NCBI RefSeq assembly: GCF_001598795.1
Contig: NZ_BCZP01000008.1
Location: 210,001 to 242,000, forward strand
DNA length: 32,000 bases
Direction of reading: 5' to 3'
DNA from: Delftia acidovorans NBRC 14950
Lineage (GTDB): Bacteria > Pseudomonadota > Gammaproteobacteria > Burkholderiales > Burkholderiaceae_C
The first letter of the stretch is position 1; the number at the start of each line of letters is the position of its first letter. A model generated the notes under the pieces. The model was given only the letters and a program-made list of their open reading frames with translations, did no database searches and was not told the DNA's origin. A program made the position numbers and the translations under genes. Below are positions 1 through 8,021 of this stretch, piece after piece.

Positions 1-1102
1 CGCCGCCTTTGGCCGTGCCGTCGAGCTTGGTGACGATCAGGCCCGTGAGCTGCAGCGCATCGTCGAAGGCGCGCACCTGGGCCAGCGCGTTCTGGCCGGT
101 GTTGCCGTCGATGACCAGCAGCACCTCATGGGGCGCCGTGGCGTCGGCCTTGCTGACCACGCGGCGGATCTTGCGCAGCTCTTCCATCAGGTGCAGCTGG
201 GTGGGCAGGCGGCCTGCCGTGTCCACCAGCACCACATCCTTCTTGCGCGCGCGGCCGGCGGTGACGGCATCAAAGCTCACCGCCGCAGGATCGCCCCCTT
301 CCTGGCTGACGATCTCCACCGTGTTGCGGTTGGCCCAGACGCCAAGCTGCTCGCGCGCGGCGGCGCGGAAGGTGTCGGCGGCGGCCAGCAGCACGCTCTG
401 GCCTTCATCGGCCAGGTGACGGGTCAGCTTGCCGATGGAGGTGGTCTTGCCCGCGCCGTTGACGCCAGCCACCATGATCACGGTGGGCTGGTGCTCACCG
501 ATGACCAGCGGCTTTTCCAGCGGGCGCAGCAGGTCGGCCAGGGCATCTGCCAGCAGCGCCTTGACGGCGGCGGGGTCGGTGGCCTTGGCCTCCTTGACGC
601 GGCGGCGCAGGTCGGCGAGCAGGTGCTCGGTGGCCTTGACGCCGGTGTCGGCCATCAGCAGGGCGTCTTCCAATTCCTCGTACAGCGCATCGTTGATCTG
701 CGTGCCCGTGAAGACCGTGGCAATGCTGCTGCCGGTCTTGCGCAGGCCGGTCTTGAGGCGCTGCATCCAGTTCTGGCGGCTGGCACCTTCGGCCTCGGGC
801 TTGGCCGTGGGCTCGGGCGCGGCAATGAAGTCCGCAGGCGCGATGGTGGACGCGGGTGCTGCAGCTGGGGCAGGCGGGGTCTCGGGCGGCGCGGCATCGC
901 CCTTGCTGCCGCCAAAGGGCTTGCGCCACCAAGCACTGCCGGTGTCGGCGGCCGGGGCTGCTGGTGCGGCCGGTGGCAGGGCAGGGGGGCTGTCCTGCGG
1001 TGGGGTTGCGGGAATGCCGGCCTTTTCAGGCGCGGCGCTGCTGTCCGTCGGGGAAATCTCGGCGGCGGAGGGGGTGGGCTTTTTCTTGAAAAAACTGAAC
1101 AT
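1..1102 (-). CDS. ftsY: Signal recognition particle receptor FtsY (N-terminal ~367 codons; C-terminus lies beyond window start)
   Basis: The minus-strand frame opens at ATG (complement of 1100-1102) and reads MFSFFKKKPTPSAAE... An Ala/Pro-rich region follows, then the NG domain including PTVIMVAGVNGAGKTTSIGKL (complement of ~420-480). The ORF is open at the window edge, so it is absent from the supplied track. Confidence 0.9.
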   Translation of the reverse strand, partial: MFSFFKKKPTPSAAEISPTDSSAAPEKAGIPATPPQDSPPALPPAAPAAPAADTGSAWWRKPFGGSKGDAAPPETPPAPAAAPASTIAPADFIAAPEPTAKPEAEGASRQNWMQRLKTGLRKTGSSIATVFTGTQINDALYEELEDALLMADTGVKATEHLLADLRRRVKEAKATDPAAVKALLADALADLLRPLEKPLVIGEHQPTVIMVAGVNGAGKTTSIGKLTRHLADEGQSVLLAAADTFRAAAREQLGVWANRNTVEIVSQEGGDPAAVSFDAVTAGRARKKDVVLVDTAGRLPTQLHLMEELRKIRRVVSKADATAPHEVLLVIDGNTGQNALAQVRAFDDALQLTGLIVTKLDGTAKGG

Positions 1103-1130
1103 CGGCAGGTTCTTAGAATCACAGCATTCT

Positions 1131-2609
1131 ATGAAACATGCACTCACCCTCCTGGGCTTAATGGCCTGCATGGGCACCGGGGCTGCTTTGGCAGCCCCGG
1201 ATGCATCATCTTCCATCCCTTCGTCGCTGCTGCAGACGGTGGCCAGCCAGGCCGCCGGCGGCACGCGCACCGCCACTTCGGCACAGCAATTCACCTTGAA
1301 GAACGGCATGCAGCTCATCGTGCAGCCCGACCGGCGCGCGCCCACGGCCGTGCACATGGTCTGGGTGCGCGTGGGCTCAGTGGACGAGGTCGATGGCACC
1401 TCGGGCGTGGCCCACGCGCTCGAACACATGATGTTCAAGGGCTCGCGCAAGGTGGCTCCCGGCGAGTTCTCGCGCCGCGTGGCCGCGCTGGGCGGGCAGG
1501 AAAACGCCTTCACCAGCCGCGACTACACGGGCTACTACCAGCAGATTCCGTCCAGCCGCCTGGAAGACGTGATGAAGCTCGAATCCGACCGCTTCGCCAA
1601 CAACCACTGGCCCGACAGCGAGTTCAAGAAAGAGATCGAGGTCATCAAGGAAGAGCGCCGCATGCGCACCGAAGACCAGCCGCGTGCCGTGCTCATGGAG
1701 CAGTTGATGGCGGCGACCTTCGTGGCCTCGCCCTACCACCGCCCCGTGATCGGCTGGATGAGCGACCTGGACGCGCTGACGCCCGGCGACGTGCGCGACT
1801 TCCACGGCCGCTGGTATGTGCCCGGCAATGCCACCATCGTCATTGCCGGCGACGTGGACGTGGCCAAGGTCCGCGCCTGGGCCGAGAAGTACTACGGCAG
1901 CATTCCCGCACGCGCCCTGCCGGTGCGCAAGCCGCGCACCGAGCCCGCGCAGATCGGCATCCGCCGCATCGAGGTCAAGCAGCCGGCCGAGCAGGCCCTG
2001 GTGGCCCTGGCCTTCCGCGCGCCCTCGCTGACGCGCGTCAGCGACCTGCAGGCCGACGACCGGGATGCGCTGGCGCTGCTGGTTCTGTCGGCCGTGCTGG
2101 ACGGCTATGACGGCGCCCGCCTGGAGCGCGCCCTGGTGCAGGGCGAAGGCCGCGTGGCCGACGGCGCGGGCAGCTCCATGTCCCTCATGGGCCGTGGCCC
2201 CGGCCTGTTCATGCTGACGGGCGTGCCCGCCACGGGCAAGACTGCCGCCGAGGTCGAGGCGGCGTTGCGCGCCGAAGTGGCCAAGGTCGCCAAGGATGGT
2301 GTGGAGCCTGCCGAGCTGGAGCGCGTGAAGACGCAGTGGATGGCCTCCAATGTCTACGAGCGCGATTCGGTCATGGGCCAGGCCCAGAGCCTGGGCAATT
2401 ACTGGATACAGGGCATGCCGCTGGATGCGGAAGACCAGCTGCTGACCCAGCTGCGCACCATCACGCCCGATGACGTCAAGCGTGTGGCTGCCAAGTACTT
2501 TGGCGATGACCAGCTCACGGTGGGCACCCTGGTGCCGCAACCGCTGCCCGAAGGCGGCAAGCCCCGTCGCCCCGATGCGGGTGCCGGCATCGGCGGACCC
2601 CTGCATTGA
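1131..2609 (+). CDS. M16 (pitrilysin) family zinc peptidase, catalytic subunit, secreted
   Basis: The in-frame ATG at 1131 inside track ORF 429..2609 gives the signal-peptide-like MKHALTLLGLMACMGTGAALAAPD. It carries the inverted zinc motif HxxEH (GVAHALEHMMFKG) and a downstream EIEVIKEERRMR region. The longer ORF start would overlap ftsY. Confidence 0.9.
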   Translation: MKHALTLLGLMACMGTGAALAAPDASSSIPSSLLQTVASQAAGGTRTATSAQQFTLKNGMQLIVQPDRRAPTAVHMVWVRVGSVDEVDGTSGVAHALEHMMFKGSRKVAPGEFSRRVAALGGQENAFTSRDYTGYYQQIPSSRLEDVMKLESDRFANNHWPDSEFKKEIEVIKEERRMRTEDQPRAVLMEQLMAATFVASPYHRPVIGWMSDLDALTPGDVRDFHGRWYVPGNATIVIAGDVDVAKVRAWAEKYYGSIPARALPVRKPRTEPAQIGIRRIEVKQPAEQALVALAFRAPSLTRVSDLQADDRDALALLVLSAVLDGYDGARLERALVQGEGRVADGAGSSMSLMGRGPGLFMLTGVPATGKTAAEVEAALRAEVAKVAKDGVEPAELERVKTQWMASNVYERDSVMGQAQSLGNYWIQGMPLDAEDQLLTQLRTITPDDVKRVAAKYFGDDQLTVGTLVPQPLPEGGKPRRPDAGAGIGGPLH

Positions 2610-2635
2610 TGCCCCCGAAGCACGCTGGAGTGAAG

Positions 2636-3997
2636 ATGAAGAACATGAAAAAAATGGTGGCCAGCACGGTGCTGGCAGGCGTGGGCATGGGCTTTGGTGC
2701 CACGTCCGCATGGGCCCTGCTGCCCATCCAGCACTGGACCCAGCCCAGCGGGGCGCAGGTCTGGCTGGTGGACAGCCCGGGCATTCCCATGGTCGATGTG
2801 CAGATGGACTTCGATGCCGGCAGCCGGCGCGATCCCGCCAACCAGGTCGGCCTGGCCAGCGCCGTGGCGCTGATGGCCTCCAAGGGCGTGACCGCCCAGG
2901 GCGATGCGCCTGCGCTGGACGAGAACGGCCTGGGCCAGGCCTGGGCCGATCTGGGTGCCAGCTTTGGCGCCCAGGCGGGCCGCGACAGCTTCAGCTACGG
3001 GCTGCGCTCCCTGACCGAGCCTGCGCTGCTGCAGCGCGCCGTGGCGCTGGCGGCGCGCCAGATCGCCAACCCCAGCTGGCCGCAGGACGTGTGGCTGCGC
3101 GAGCGCGAGCGCTGGACCGCGGCCATCAAGGAATCGGACACGCGCCCCGGCACGGTGGCCGGCAAGGCCCTGAGCCAGGGCGTGTTCGGCACCCATCCCT
3201 ACGGCGCGCGCGCCACGGGCGAGAGCCTCGCGCACATCGACCTGTCCGACATGCAGTCCTTCCACCGCCGCCTGATCGCGGCCTGCCGCGCCAAGGTCAG
3301 CATCGTCGGTGCGGTCAGCCGTGAACAGGCCGACCAGCTGGTGCAGCAACTGCTGGCTCCGCTGCAGGCGGCGCAGGGCCAGGACGCCAGTGCCTGCGCG
3401 CCCCTGCCCGACGTGCCCAAGGTGCAGGCGCTCAAGGCGCCGGTCAACGAGAAAATCCCCTTCGCCTCGGCCCAGGCGCAGGTGCTGATCGCCCAGCCCG
3501 GCATTGCACGCAACAGCCCGGACTTCATGGCCGTGCTGGTGGGCAACCACATCCTGGGCGGCGGCGGCTTCACCTCGCGGCTGACCGAGGAAGTGCGCGA
3601 AAAGCGCGGCCTGAGCTACAGCGTCTACAGCGATTTCTCGCCGGGCCTGGACGCAGGCGCCTTCACGATCGCCCTGCAGACGCGTCCTGACCAGGCAGCC
3701 GAGGCCCTGAAGGTGTCGCAGGACACGCTGCGCCGCTTCGTGGCCGAAGGCCCGACCGAGAAGGAGCTCAAGGCCGCCAAGGACAACCTGATCGGCGGCT
3801 TTGCGCTGCGCATCGACAGCAACCGCAAGCTGCTGGGCAATGTGTCCAACATCGCCTGGAACGGCTTGCCGCTGGACTACCTGGAGCACTGGACCGAGCG
3901 CGTGCAGGCGCTCACCGTGCGTGATGTGCGCGAGGCCATGCAGCGCATGCTGCAGCCCGAGCGCATGGTGACCGTCGTCGTGGGAGGCAAACAATGA
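2636..3997 (+). CDS. M16 family peptidase-like protein, non-catalytic partner subunit, secreted
   Basis: ATG 2636 is preceded by GGAG (2627-2630), and the product starts with the signal peptide MKNMKKMVASTVLAGVGMGFGATSAWA. The sequence is M16-like, but the HxxEH position reads GLASAVALMASKG with no His/Glu ligands. It follows the upstream M16 stop (2607-2609) closely. The start (2606/2609/2636) is uncertain. Confidence 0.85.
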   Translation: MKNMKKMVASTVLAGVGMGFGATSAWALLPIQHWTQPSGAQVWLVDSPGIPMVDVQMDFDAGSRRDPANQVGLASAVALMASKGVTAQGDAPALDENGLGQAWADLGASFGAQAGRDSFSYGLRSLTEPALLQRAVALAARQIANPSWPQDVWLRERERWTAAIKESDTRPGTVAGKALSQGVFGTHPYGARATGESLAHIDLSDMQSFHRRLIAACRAKVSIVGAVSREQADQLVQQLLAPLQAAQGQDASACAPLPDVPKVQALKAPVNEKIPFASAQAQVLIAQPGIARNSPDFMAVLVGNHILGGGGFTSRLTEEVREKRGLSYSVYSDFSPGLDAGAFTIALQTRPDQAAEALKVSQDTLRRFVAEGPTEKELKAAKDNLIGGFALRIDSNRKLLGNVSNIAWNGLPLDYLEHWTERVQALTVRDVREAMQRMLQPERMVTVVVGGKQ

Positions 3998-4704
3998 GCC
4001 GCAACAGCATCAAAATTCATACCCCTGCCGGCAAGCGCTGGCTGGAAAAGGCCACGGCCGAGGCCGCAGCACCCAAGGCAGCTGCCGCAGCGCCTGCTGC
4101 CGCCAAGGCGAAAGCCGGACGGCCGGCGCCGGTGGGCGCGGGCGAGGTCCGCATCATCGGCGGCCAATGGCGCCGCACGCGGCTGCCCGTGGCGCAGCAC
4201 CCGGGCCTGCGGCCCACGCCGGATCGCGTGCGCGAGACCCTGTTCAACTGGCTGGGCCAGGACCTGACGGGCTGGCATTGCCTGGATGCCTTCGCGGGCA
4301 CGGGCGCGCTGGGCTTCGAGGCCGCATCGCGTGGCGCGACCAATGTGCTGATGAACGAGCAGGACGCCACCCTGGTCCAGCAGTTGCAGCGCCTGCGCGA
4401 GCGCCTGGATGCCCAGTCCGTGCGCGTGCTGCGCGGCGATGGCATCGGCTGCCTGCGCCAGGTGGCGCCGGGCACGCTGGACCTGGTGCTGATCGATCCG
4501 CCCTTCGACCATGCCGATCTGTTCGAGCCTGCGCTCAAGGCCGCCGCGCAGGCGGTGTCCGCCACGGGCTATGTCTATCTGGAGGCGCCCCAGGCCTGGA
4601 CCGAGGAGCAATTGGCCGAGGCCGGTGGCCTGCAGCTGTTCCGCCATCTGAAGGCGGGCGCCGTTCACGCCCACCTGCTGCGCAAGGCACCGCAGGACGA
4701 GTAA
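3994..4704 (+). CDS. rsmD: 16S rRNA (guanine966-N2)-methyltransferase RsmD with Ala/Lys/Pro-rich N-terminal extension
   Basis: Motifs are RIIGGQWRRTRL, LRPTPDRVRETLFNWLG, DAFAGTGALGFEAASRGA (SAM site) and LIDPPF. The ATG overlaps the upstream stop (ATGA at 3994-3997). Confidence 0.9.
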   Translation: MSRNSIKIHTPAGKRWLEKATAEAAAPKAAAAAPAAAKAKAGRPAPVGAGEVRIIGGQWRRTRLPVAQHPGLRPTPDRVRETLFNWLGQDLTGWHCLDAFAGTGALGFEAASRGATNVLMNEQDATLVQQLQRLRERLDAQSVRVLRGDGIGCLRQVAPGTLDLVLIDPPFDHADLFEPALKAAAQAVSATGYVYLEAPQAWTEEQLAEAGGLQLFRHLKAGAVHAHLLRKAPQDE

Positions 4705-4778
4705 AGGGCGCTGCGGCGGCCGCGTTCCCTGGCAGGAGCGCGGCTGTCGCACAGCCGACCGGCCATGCTGCAGCGCAA

Positions 4779-4786
4779 TGCATAAT
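4779..4786 (+). promoter_or_regulatory. TGCATAAT, candidate -10 element upstream of coaD
   Basis: This is an AT-rich octamer in GC-rich DNA, 51 nt before the coaD ATG. The same octamer recurs at 9585-9592 and 14907-14914, each upstream of a plus-strand gene. Confidence 0.35.
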
Positions 4787-4836
4787 GCGCCATCCGTGCC
4801 GGACCAGGGCACGCGCAGCCAAGGAAAGTGAACGCC

Positions 4837-5337
4837 ATGAGCCACGACGTGATTGCCGTCTACCCCGGAACCTTCGATCCGATCACGCTGGGTCATGAAG
4901 ACGTGGTGCGCCGCGCGACCCAGCTGTTCAGCCACGTCATCGTCGCCGTGGCGGCAGGCCACCACAAGAAGACCATGTTCAATCTTGAGGAGCGCATGGA
5001 GATGGTGCGCGAGGCCGTGTCCATCTATCCCCATGTCCAGGTCGAGAGCTTTCATGGCCTGCTGCGCGACTTCGTGGTCGAGCGCGGCGGCAAGGCCATG
5101 GTGCGCGGCCTGCGTGCGGTCACCGACTTCGACTACGAGTTCCAGCTCGCCGGCATGAACCGCACGCTGATGCCCGAGGTGGAGACCGTCTTCCTCACGC
5201 CCAGCGACCGCTACCAGTTCATCAGCAGCACCTTCGTGCGCGAGATCGCCACGCTGGATGGCGAGATCGACAAGTTCGTCTCTCCCAGTGTGCGCACCCG
5301 CCTTCTGCAGAAGGTGCAGGCCAATCGTGGGTCGTGA
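4837..5337 (+). CDS. coaD: Phosphopantetheine adenylyltransferase
   Basis: MSHDVIAVYPGTFDPITLGHEDVVRRA carries the nucleotidyltransferase T/HxGH motif. AAGGAAAG lies 8-9 nt upstream of ATG 4837, and the track GTG 4828 is less likely. Confidence 0.92.
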   Translation: MSHDVIAVYPGTFDPITLGHEDVVRRATQLFSHVIVAVAAGHHKKTMFNLEERMEMVREAVSIYPHVQVESFHGLLRDFVVERGGKAMVRGLRAVTDFDYEFQLAGMNRTLMPEVETVFLTPSDRYQFISSTFVREIATLDGEIDKFVSPSVRTRLLQKVQANRGS

Positions 5338-5400
5338 TCGCACCACCTGATCGCACAACCCGATCGCACGCCTTGATCCCGCGCCCTGATGCCCTGACCG
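5335..5400. repeat. Degenerate 13-bp tandem repeat, 5 units
   Basis: The units are TGATCGCACCACC / TGATCGCACAACC / CGATCGCACGCCT(T) / TGATCCCGCGCCC / TGATGCCCTGACC. They start at 5335, 5348, 5361, 5375 and 5388. The first TGA is the coaD stop, and there are four GATC sites within ~45 bp. Confidence 0.8.
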
Positions 5401-5451
5401 CCTGGCTGTCCTGAGGACCGGCAAGAGCCAGGGCCCTCTCAAAGTTCCTTC

Positions 5452-6573
5452 TTAGAAGGCAGCCTGCCGCGTGGCGCTCGCATTCACGGCGGCGTGCACG
5501 AATTCCAGCTTGCGCCTGGCCCCGGCCGAAAGGGCGAACGGATAGGCATCGCCATGGCCCAGGCTGCGGTTGAGGCTGTTGGTCAGCAGCGTCAGCGGCA
5601 CCCACTGGTCCAGCATGGTGCCGAAGTCCGGCCGTGCATGGACCGCGAAAGGGTCCTGCACGCACAGCGCGGGCTGCGTGCCCGAGCCTGTACTTGTCCC
5701 TGAGCCTCCAGGCATGGTGATGCAGGTGCCATAGCTGGCCGCAGTCTCCAGCAGATCCACCATGTGCAGGTAATGGGCCCAGCTTTCGGCCCAGTCTTCC
5801 CACGGGTGGGAGGTTGCATAGGCGCTGACGAAGTTGTCGCGCCACTGCTCATCCATCGGGTCGCGCGCATAGTAGTTCTGCAGGGCTTGGCCATAGTCCT
5901 GGCGCTCGTCGCCGAACAGGCGGCGGAATTCCTCGATACGGCCCGCGCCCACCACCAGCCTGTCCCAGAAGAAGTGGCCGGACTCATGGCGCAGATGGCC
6001 CACCAGCGTCCGGTAGGGCTCATGCAGGGCCTGGCGGCGCCGGGCACGCTCGGCATCATCTGCCTCCACCACATTCAGCGTGATGGTGCCGTTGGCATGG
6101 CCGGTCATCACGGGCGCCTGCCCCGGCAGGTCGGCCAGCAGCTCGAAGCGCGGCCCATCCTCTCCAGGCCGCGGACCCAGGCCCAGGTGGGCCAGCGTGT
6201 AGAACAGCTGGCGCTTGGCGGCCTCGATCCGGGTCCAGCGCAGCGCATTGGACGGGTCTGACAGATCGGGCAGCCAGCGTGTCTGGCGACAGGACTCGCA
6301 CAGCGCATGGGGATCGTCTGCGGGCAGGGCGAAGTTGCACTGTCCCACGGGACCCCGGTGGCTGCACATCTTGTAGAGCCGGCCTGGTGGCTTGCCGCTC
6401 GTCAGCGAGGACAGGCTCTCCCACAGCACGCTGTCCCGCGTGCCGGAAACCGGGCGCAGGCAGGCCACATGCAGTCGCTCGGGCAGGAAGGCCAGGGTGG
6501 CGCCGCAGTGCACGCATTGAACGCTGTCGAAGAAGACCGGGTGGCCACAGGCATCGCAGTTGAAGACTCGCAT
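5452..6573 (-). CDS. Putative zinc-binding metallopeptidase with N-terminal zinc ribbon (uncharacterised family)
   Basis: From the ATG (complement of 6571-6573) it reads MRVFNCDACGHPVFFDSVQCVHCG (CxxC...CxxC). A second Cys cluster follows (CSHRGPVGQCNF...CESC), then HExxH (LRHESGHFFW) and the downstream HPWEDWAESWAHY. From memory it resembles the family annotated as zinc-binding metallopeptidase / zinc-ribbon DUF2248. Confidence 0.8.
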   Translation of the reverse strand: MRVFNCDACGHPVFFDSVQCVHCGATLAFLPERLHVACLRPVSGTRDSVLWESLSSLTSGKPPGRLYKMCSHRGPVGQCNFALPADDPHALCESCRQTRWLPDLSDPSNALRWTRIEAAKRQLFYTLAHLGLGPRPGEDGPRFELLADLPGQAPVMTGHANGTITLNVVEADDAERARRRQALHEPYRTLVGHLRHESGHFFWDRLVVGAGRIEEFRRLFGDERQDYGQALQNYYARDPMDEQWRDNFVSAYATSHPWEDWAESWAHYLHMVDLLETAASYGTCITMPGGSGTSTGSGTQPALCVQDPFAVHARPDFGTMLDQWVPLTLLTNSLNRSLGHGDAYPFALSAGARRKLEFVHAAVNASATRQAAF

Positions 6574-6688
6574 GTCGGTCACTTTACGCCGTATGTCCGG
6601 CGCACGGTGGAAAGGGGTCGTACCTGCCGTCGGCTGCAATGGTCGGCAATCCTTGCGGCGGACCGTGCGGCAGTTGGGGCCCTGGATG

Positions 6689-6714
6689 AAAAAAGGCCGG
6701 AAGTCTCCGGCCTT
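6689..6714 (-). terminator. Rho-independent terminator after the BON-domain gene
   Basis: The stem is AAGGCCGGA (6693-6701) / TCCGGCCTT (6706-6714) with loop AGTC. An A-run at 6689-6694 on the plus strand gives the U-run on the minus transcript. Confidence 0.75.
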
Positions 6715-6745
6715 GTACTTGGATCAGCCCCCGCAGGGGCCTGCA

Positions 6746-7066
6746 TCAGGGGCGAACCACGATGCTGTTGCGCACTTCACGCACGTTCTTGGTGGTGCGG
6801 GCGATCTCGGCGGCGCGGGCCTTTTCCGATTCGGACTTGGCAAAGCCCGACAGCTGCACCGTGCCGTTCAGGGTCTCGACGCTGATGGAGGTGGCCGAGA
6901 CGCTCTTGTCCTCTGCCATCTTGGCCTTCACCGCAGTGGTGATGCCGGCGTCATCCACATACGAACCCACGGTCTGCTGGTCGCGGGCGACGGAGCAGGC
7001 GGTGGTGCCGAGCACGGTGGCGCCGGCGACGAGAGCGAAAGCGATGGCACGGGTGTACTTTTGCAT
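6746..7066 (-). CDS. BON domain lipoprotein (OsmY-like)
   Basis: MQKYTRAIAFALVAGATVLGTTAC has a lipobox-like signal, and the BON-type sequence reads VDDAGITTAVKAKM...VETLNGTVQLSGFAKSESEKARAAEIARTTKNVREVRNSIVV. The ATG is at the complement of 7064-7066; the track start 7072 is a TTG. Confidence 0.85.
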   Translation of the reverse strand: MQKYTRAIAFALVAGATVLGTTACSVARDQQTVGSYVDDAGITTAVKAKMAEDKSVSATSISVETLNGTVQLSGFAKSESEKARAAEIARTTKNVREVRNSIVVRP

Positions 7067-7145
7067 GATCAATTCTTTCTTGGGTAAGAAAACTAGGGTA
7101 ACTGGACTAACGGTACTCGGGAGACTCAGGGAACTGGGCGACCGC

Positions 7146-7535
7146 TCACTTGCGCGAGCGTGAGCTCATGAAGAACGCGGTGGCAAGGGCTGCGCCCGTG
7201 GCCGCGGCCAGCAGGATGGAGCGGCCCGGCTGCTCGATGACGTAGCGCGTGGTGGCCTCGGTGGCCGATTGCAGCTGGCGGCGGGCGCGGTCGGAGCTGT
7301 CGGCGCAGAAGTTTATGCCGCGCGTGGCCAGTTCCTGGGCACGTGCTGCGAGGTCATCGATGACTGGGTTCAGTTCACGCTCGATGGACTGGACACCTTC
7401 CTCGGCCTTGTCCAGTGCATTCGCTGCAGTGCGGCGCGTGGTGTTGACGGCTTCCTTGGCGGCATCCGCGACATCCTGGGCAACGTCCTTGGCGGTATCG
7501 GCGGCTTTGTTCACGGCTTTCTCGGCTTGGCTCAT
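7146..7535 (-). CDS. DUF883 / ElaB-YqjD family membrane-anchored stress protein
   Basis: It has an N-terminal helical repeat region (AVNKAADTAKDVAQDVADAAKEAV...), the ...YVIEQPGRSILLAAATGAALATAFFMSSR C-terminal TM anchor, and GAGGAGA upstream of the ATG. Confidence 0.85.
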   Translation of the reverse strand: MSQAEKAVNKAADTAKDVAQDVADAAKEAVNTTRRTAANALDKAEEGVQSIERELNPVIDDLAARAQELATRGINFCADSSDRARRQLQSATEATTRYVIEQPGRSILLAAATGAALATAFFMSSRSRK

Positions 7536-7646
7536 TGGTTCTATCTCCTCAAAACTGGCATGAATGCGAAAGGCGGTCGGGCTGCCGGGCTGGCTGCCCG
7601 CGGTAAGCGGGCTTGGGCTGGCAGGGGGCTGAAGGCGGCGCCGCCG

Positions 7647-7808
7647 CTACTTCTTGATCAGGCTCATCACAAAGGTGACGACAGCCATGATCACGAAAAT
7701 ATAGAACAGGATCTTGGCGATGCCTACAGCACCTGCCGCAATACCACCAAAACCGAAGATGGCGGCTACCAGGGCGATGACGAAGAACACGATGGCGTAG
7801 TGCAGCAT
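7647..7808 (-). CDS. DUF1328 (UPF0391, YtjA-like) small membrane protein, 53 aa
   Basis: [59 protein letters not shown] lies upstream of the ATG (complement of 7806-7808). The 125-aa track ORF is an unsupported N-terminal extension. Confidence 0.85.
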   Translation of the reverse strand: MLHYAIVFFVIALVAAIFGFGGIAAGAVGIAKILFYIFVIMAVVTFVMSLIKK

Positions 7809-8021
7809 GTAAAACTCCTTGGGTTGTTCGTTTCCAAGAAACGGCACGGGGCGGATTGGCCAAGTGCTGTTTGCATGGGTTCGACTGTACTGAGCCGCCA
7901 AAGGTGTATCTGACGGTGGCCGGCGTGGCATGGCGTCAGGGTTAGGCGGGGGGGCAGTGTAGGAATGCTCCGGCTGCACAGGGCCTGCAGCCGCCGCTGG
8001 CTGCAGCCATTCGGGGGCGCG

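Noticed and set aside
429-1130. N-terminal 234 codons of track ORF 429..2609
   Set aside because: This stretch overlaps ftsY on the opposite strand. A proper signal peptide begins at the internal ATG 1131.
128-5442. Long track ORFs 128..2110(+), 1377..2711(-), 2399..3994(-) and 3877..5442(-), 440-660 aa each
   Set aside because: They lie antisense or out of frame to clearly recognisable ftsY, M16, rsmD and coaD sequences. Their translations are Arg/Ala/Gly/Pro/His-rich low-complexity strings with no motifs. These are classic shadow ORFs of high-GC DNA.
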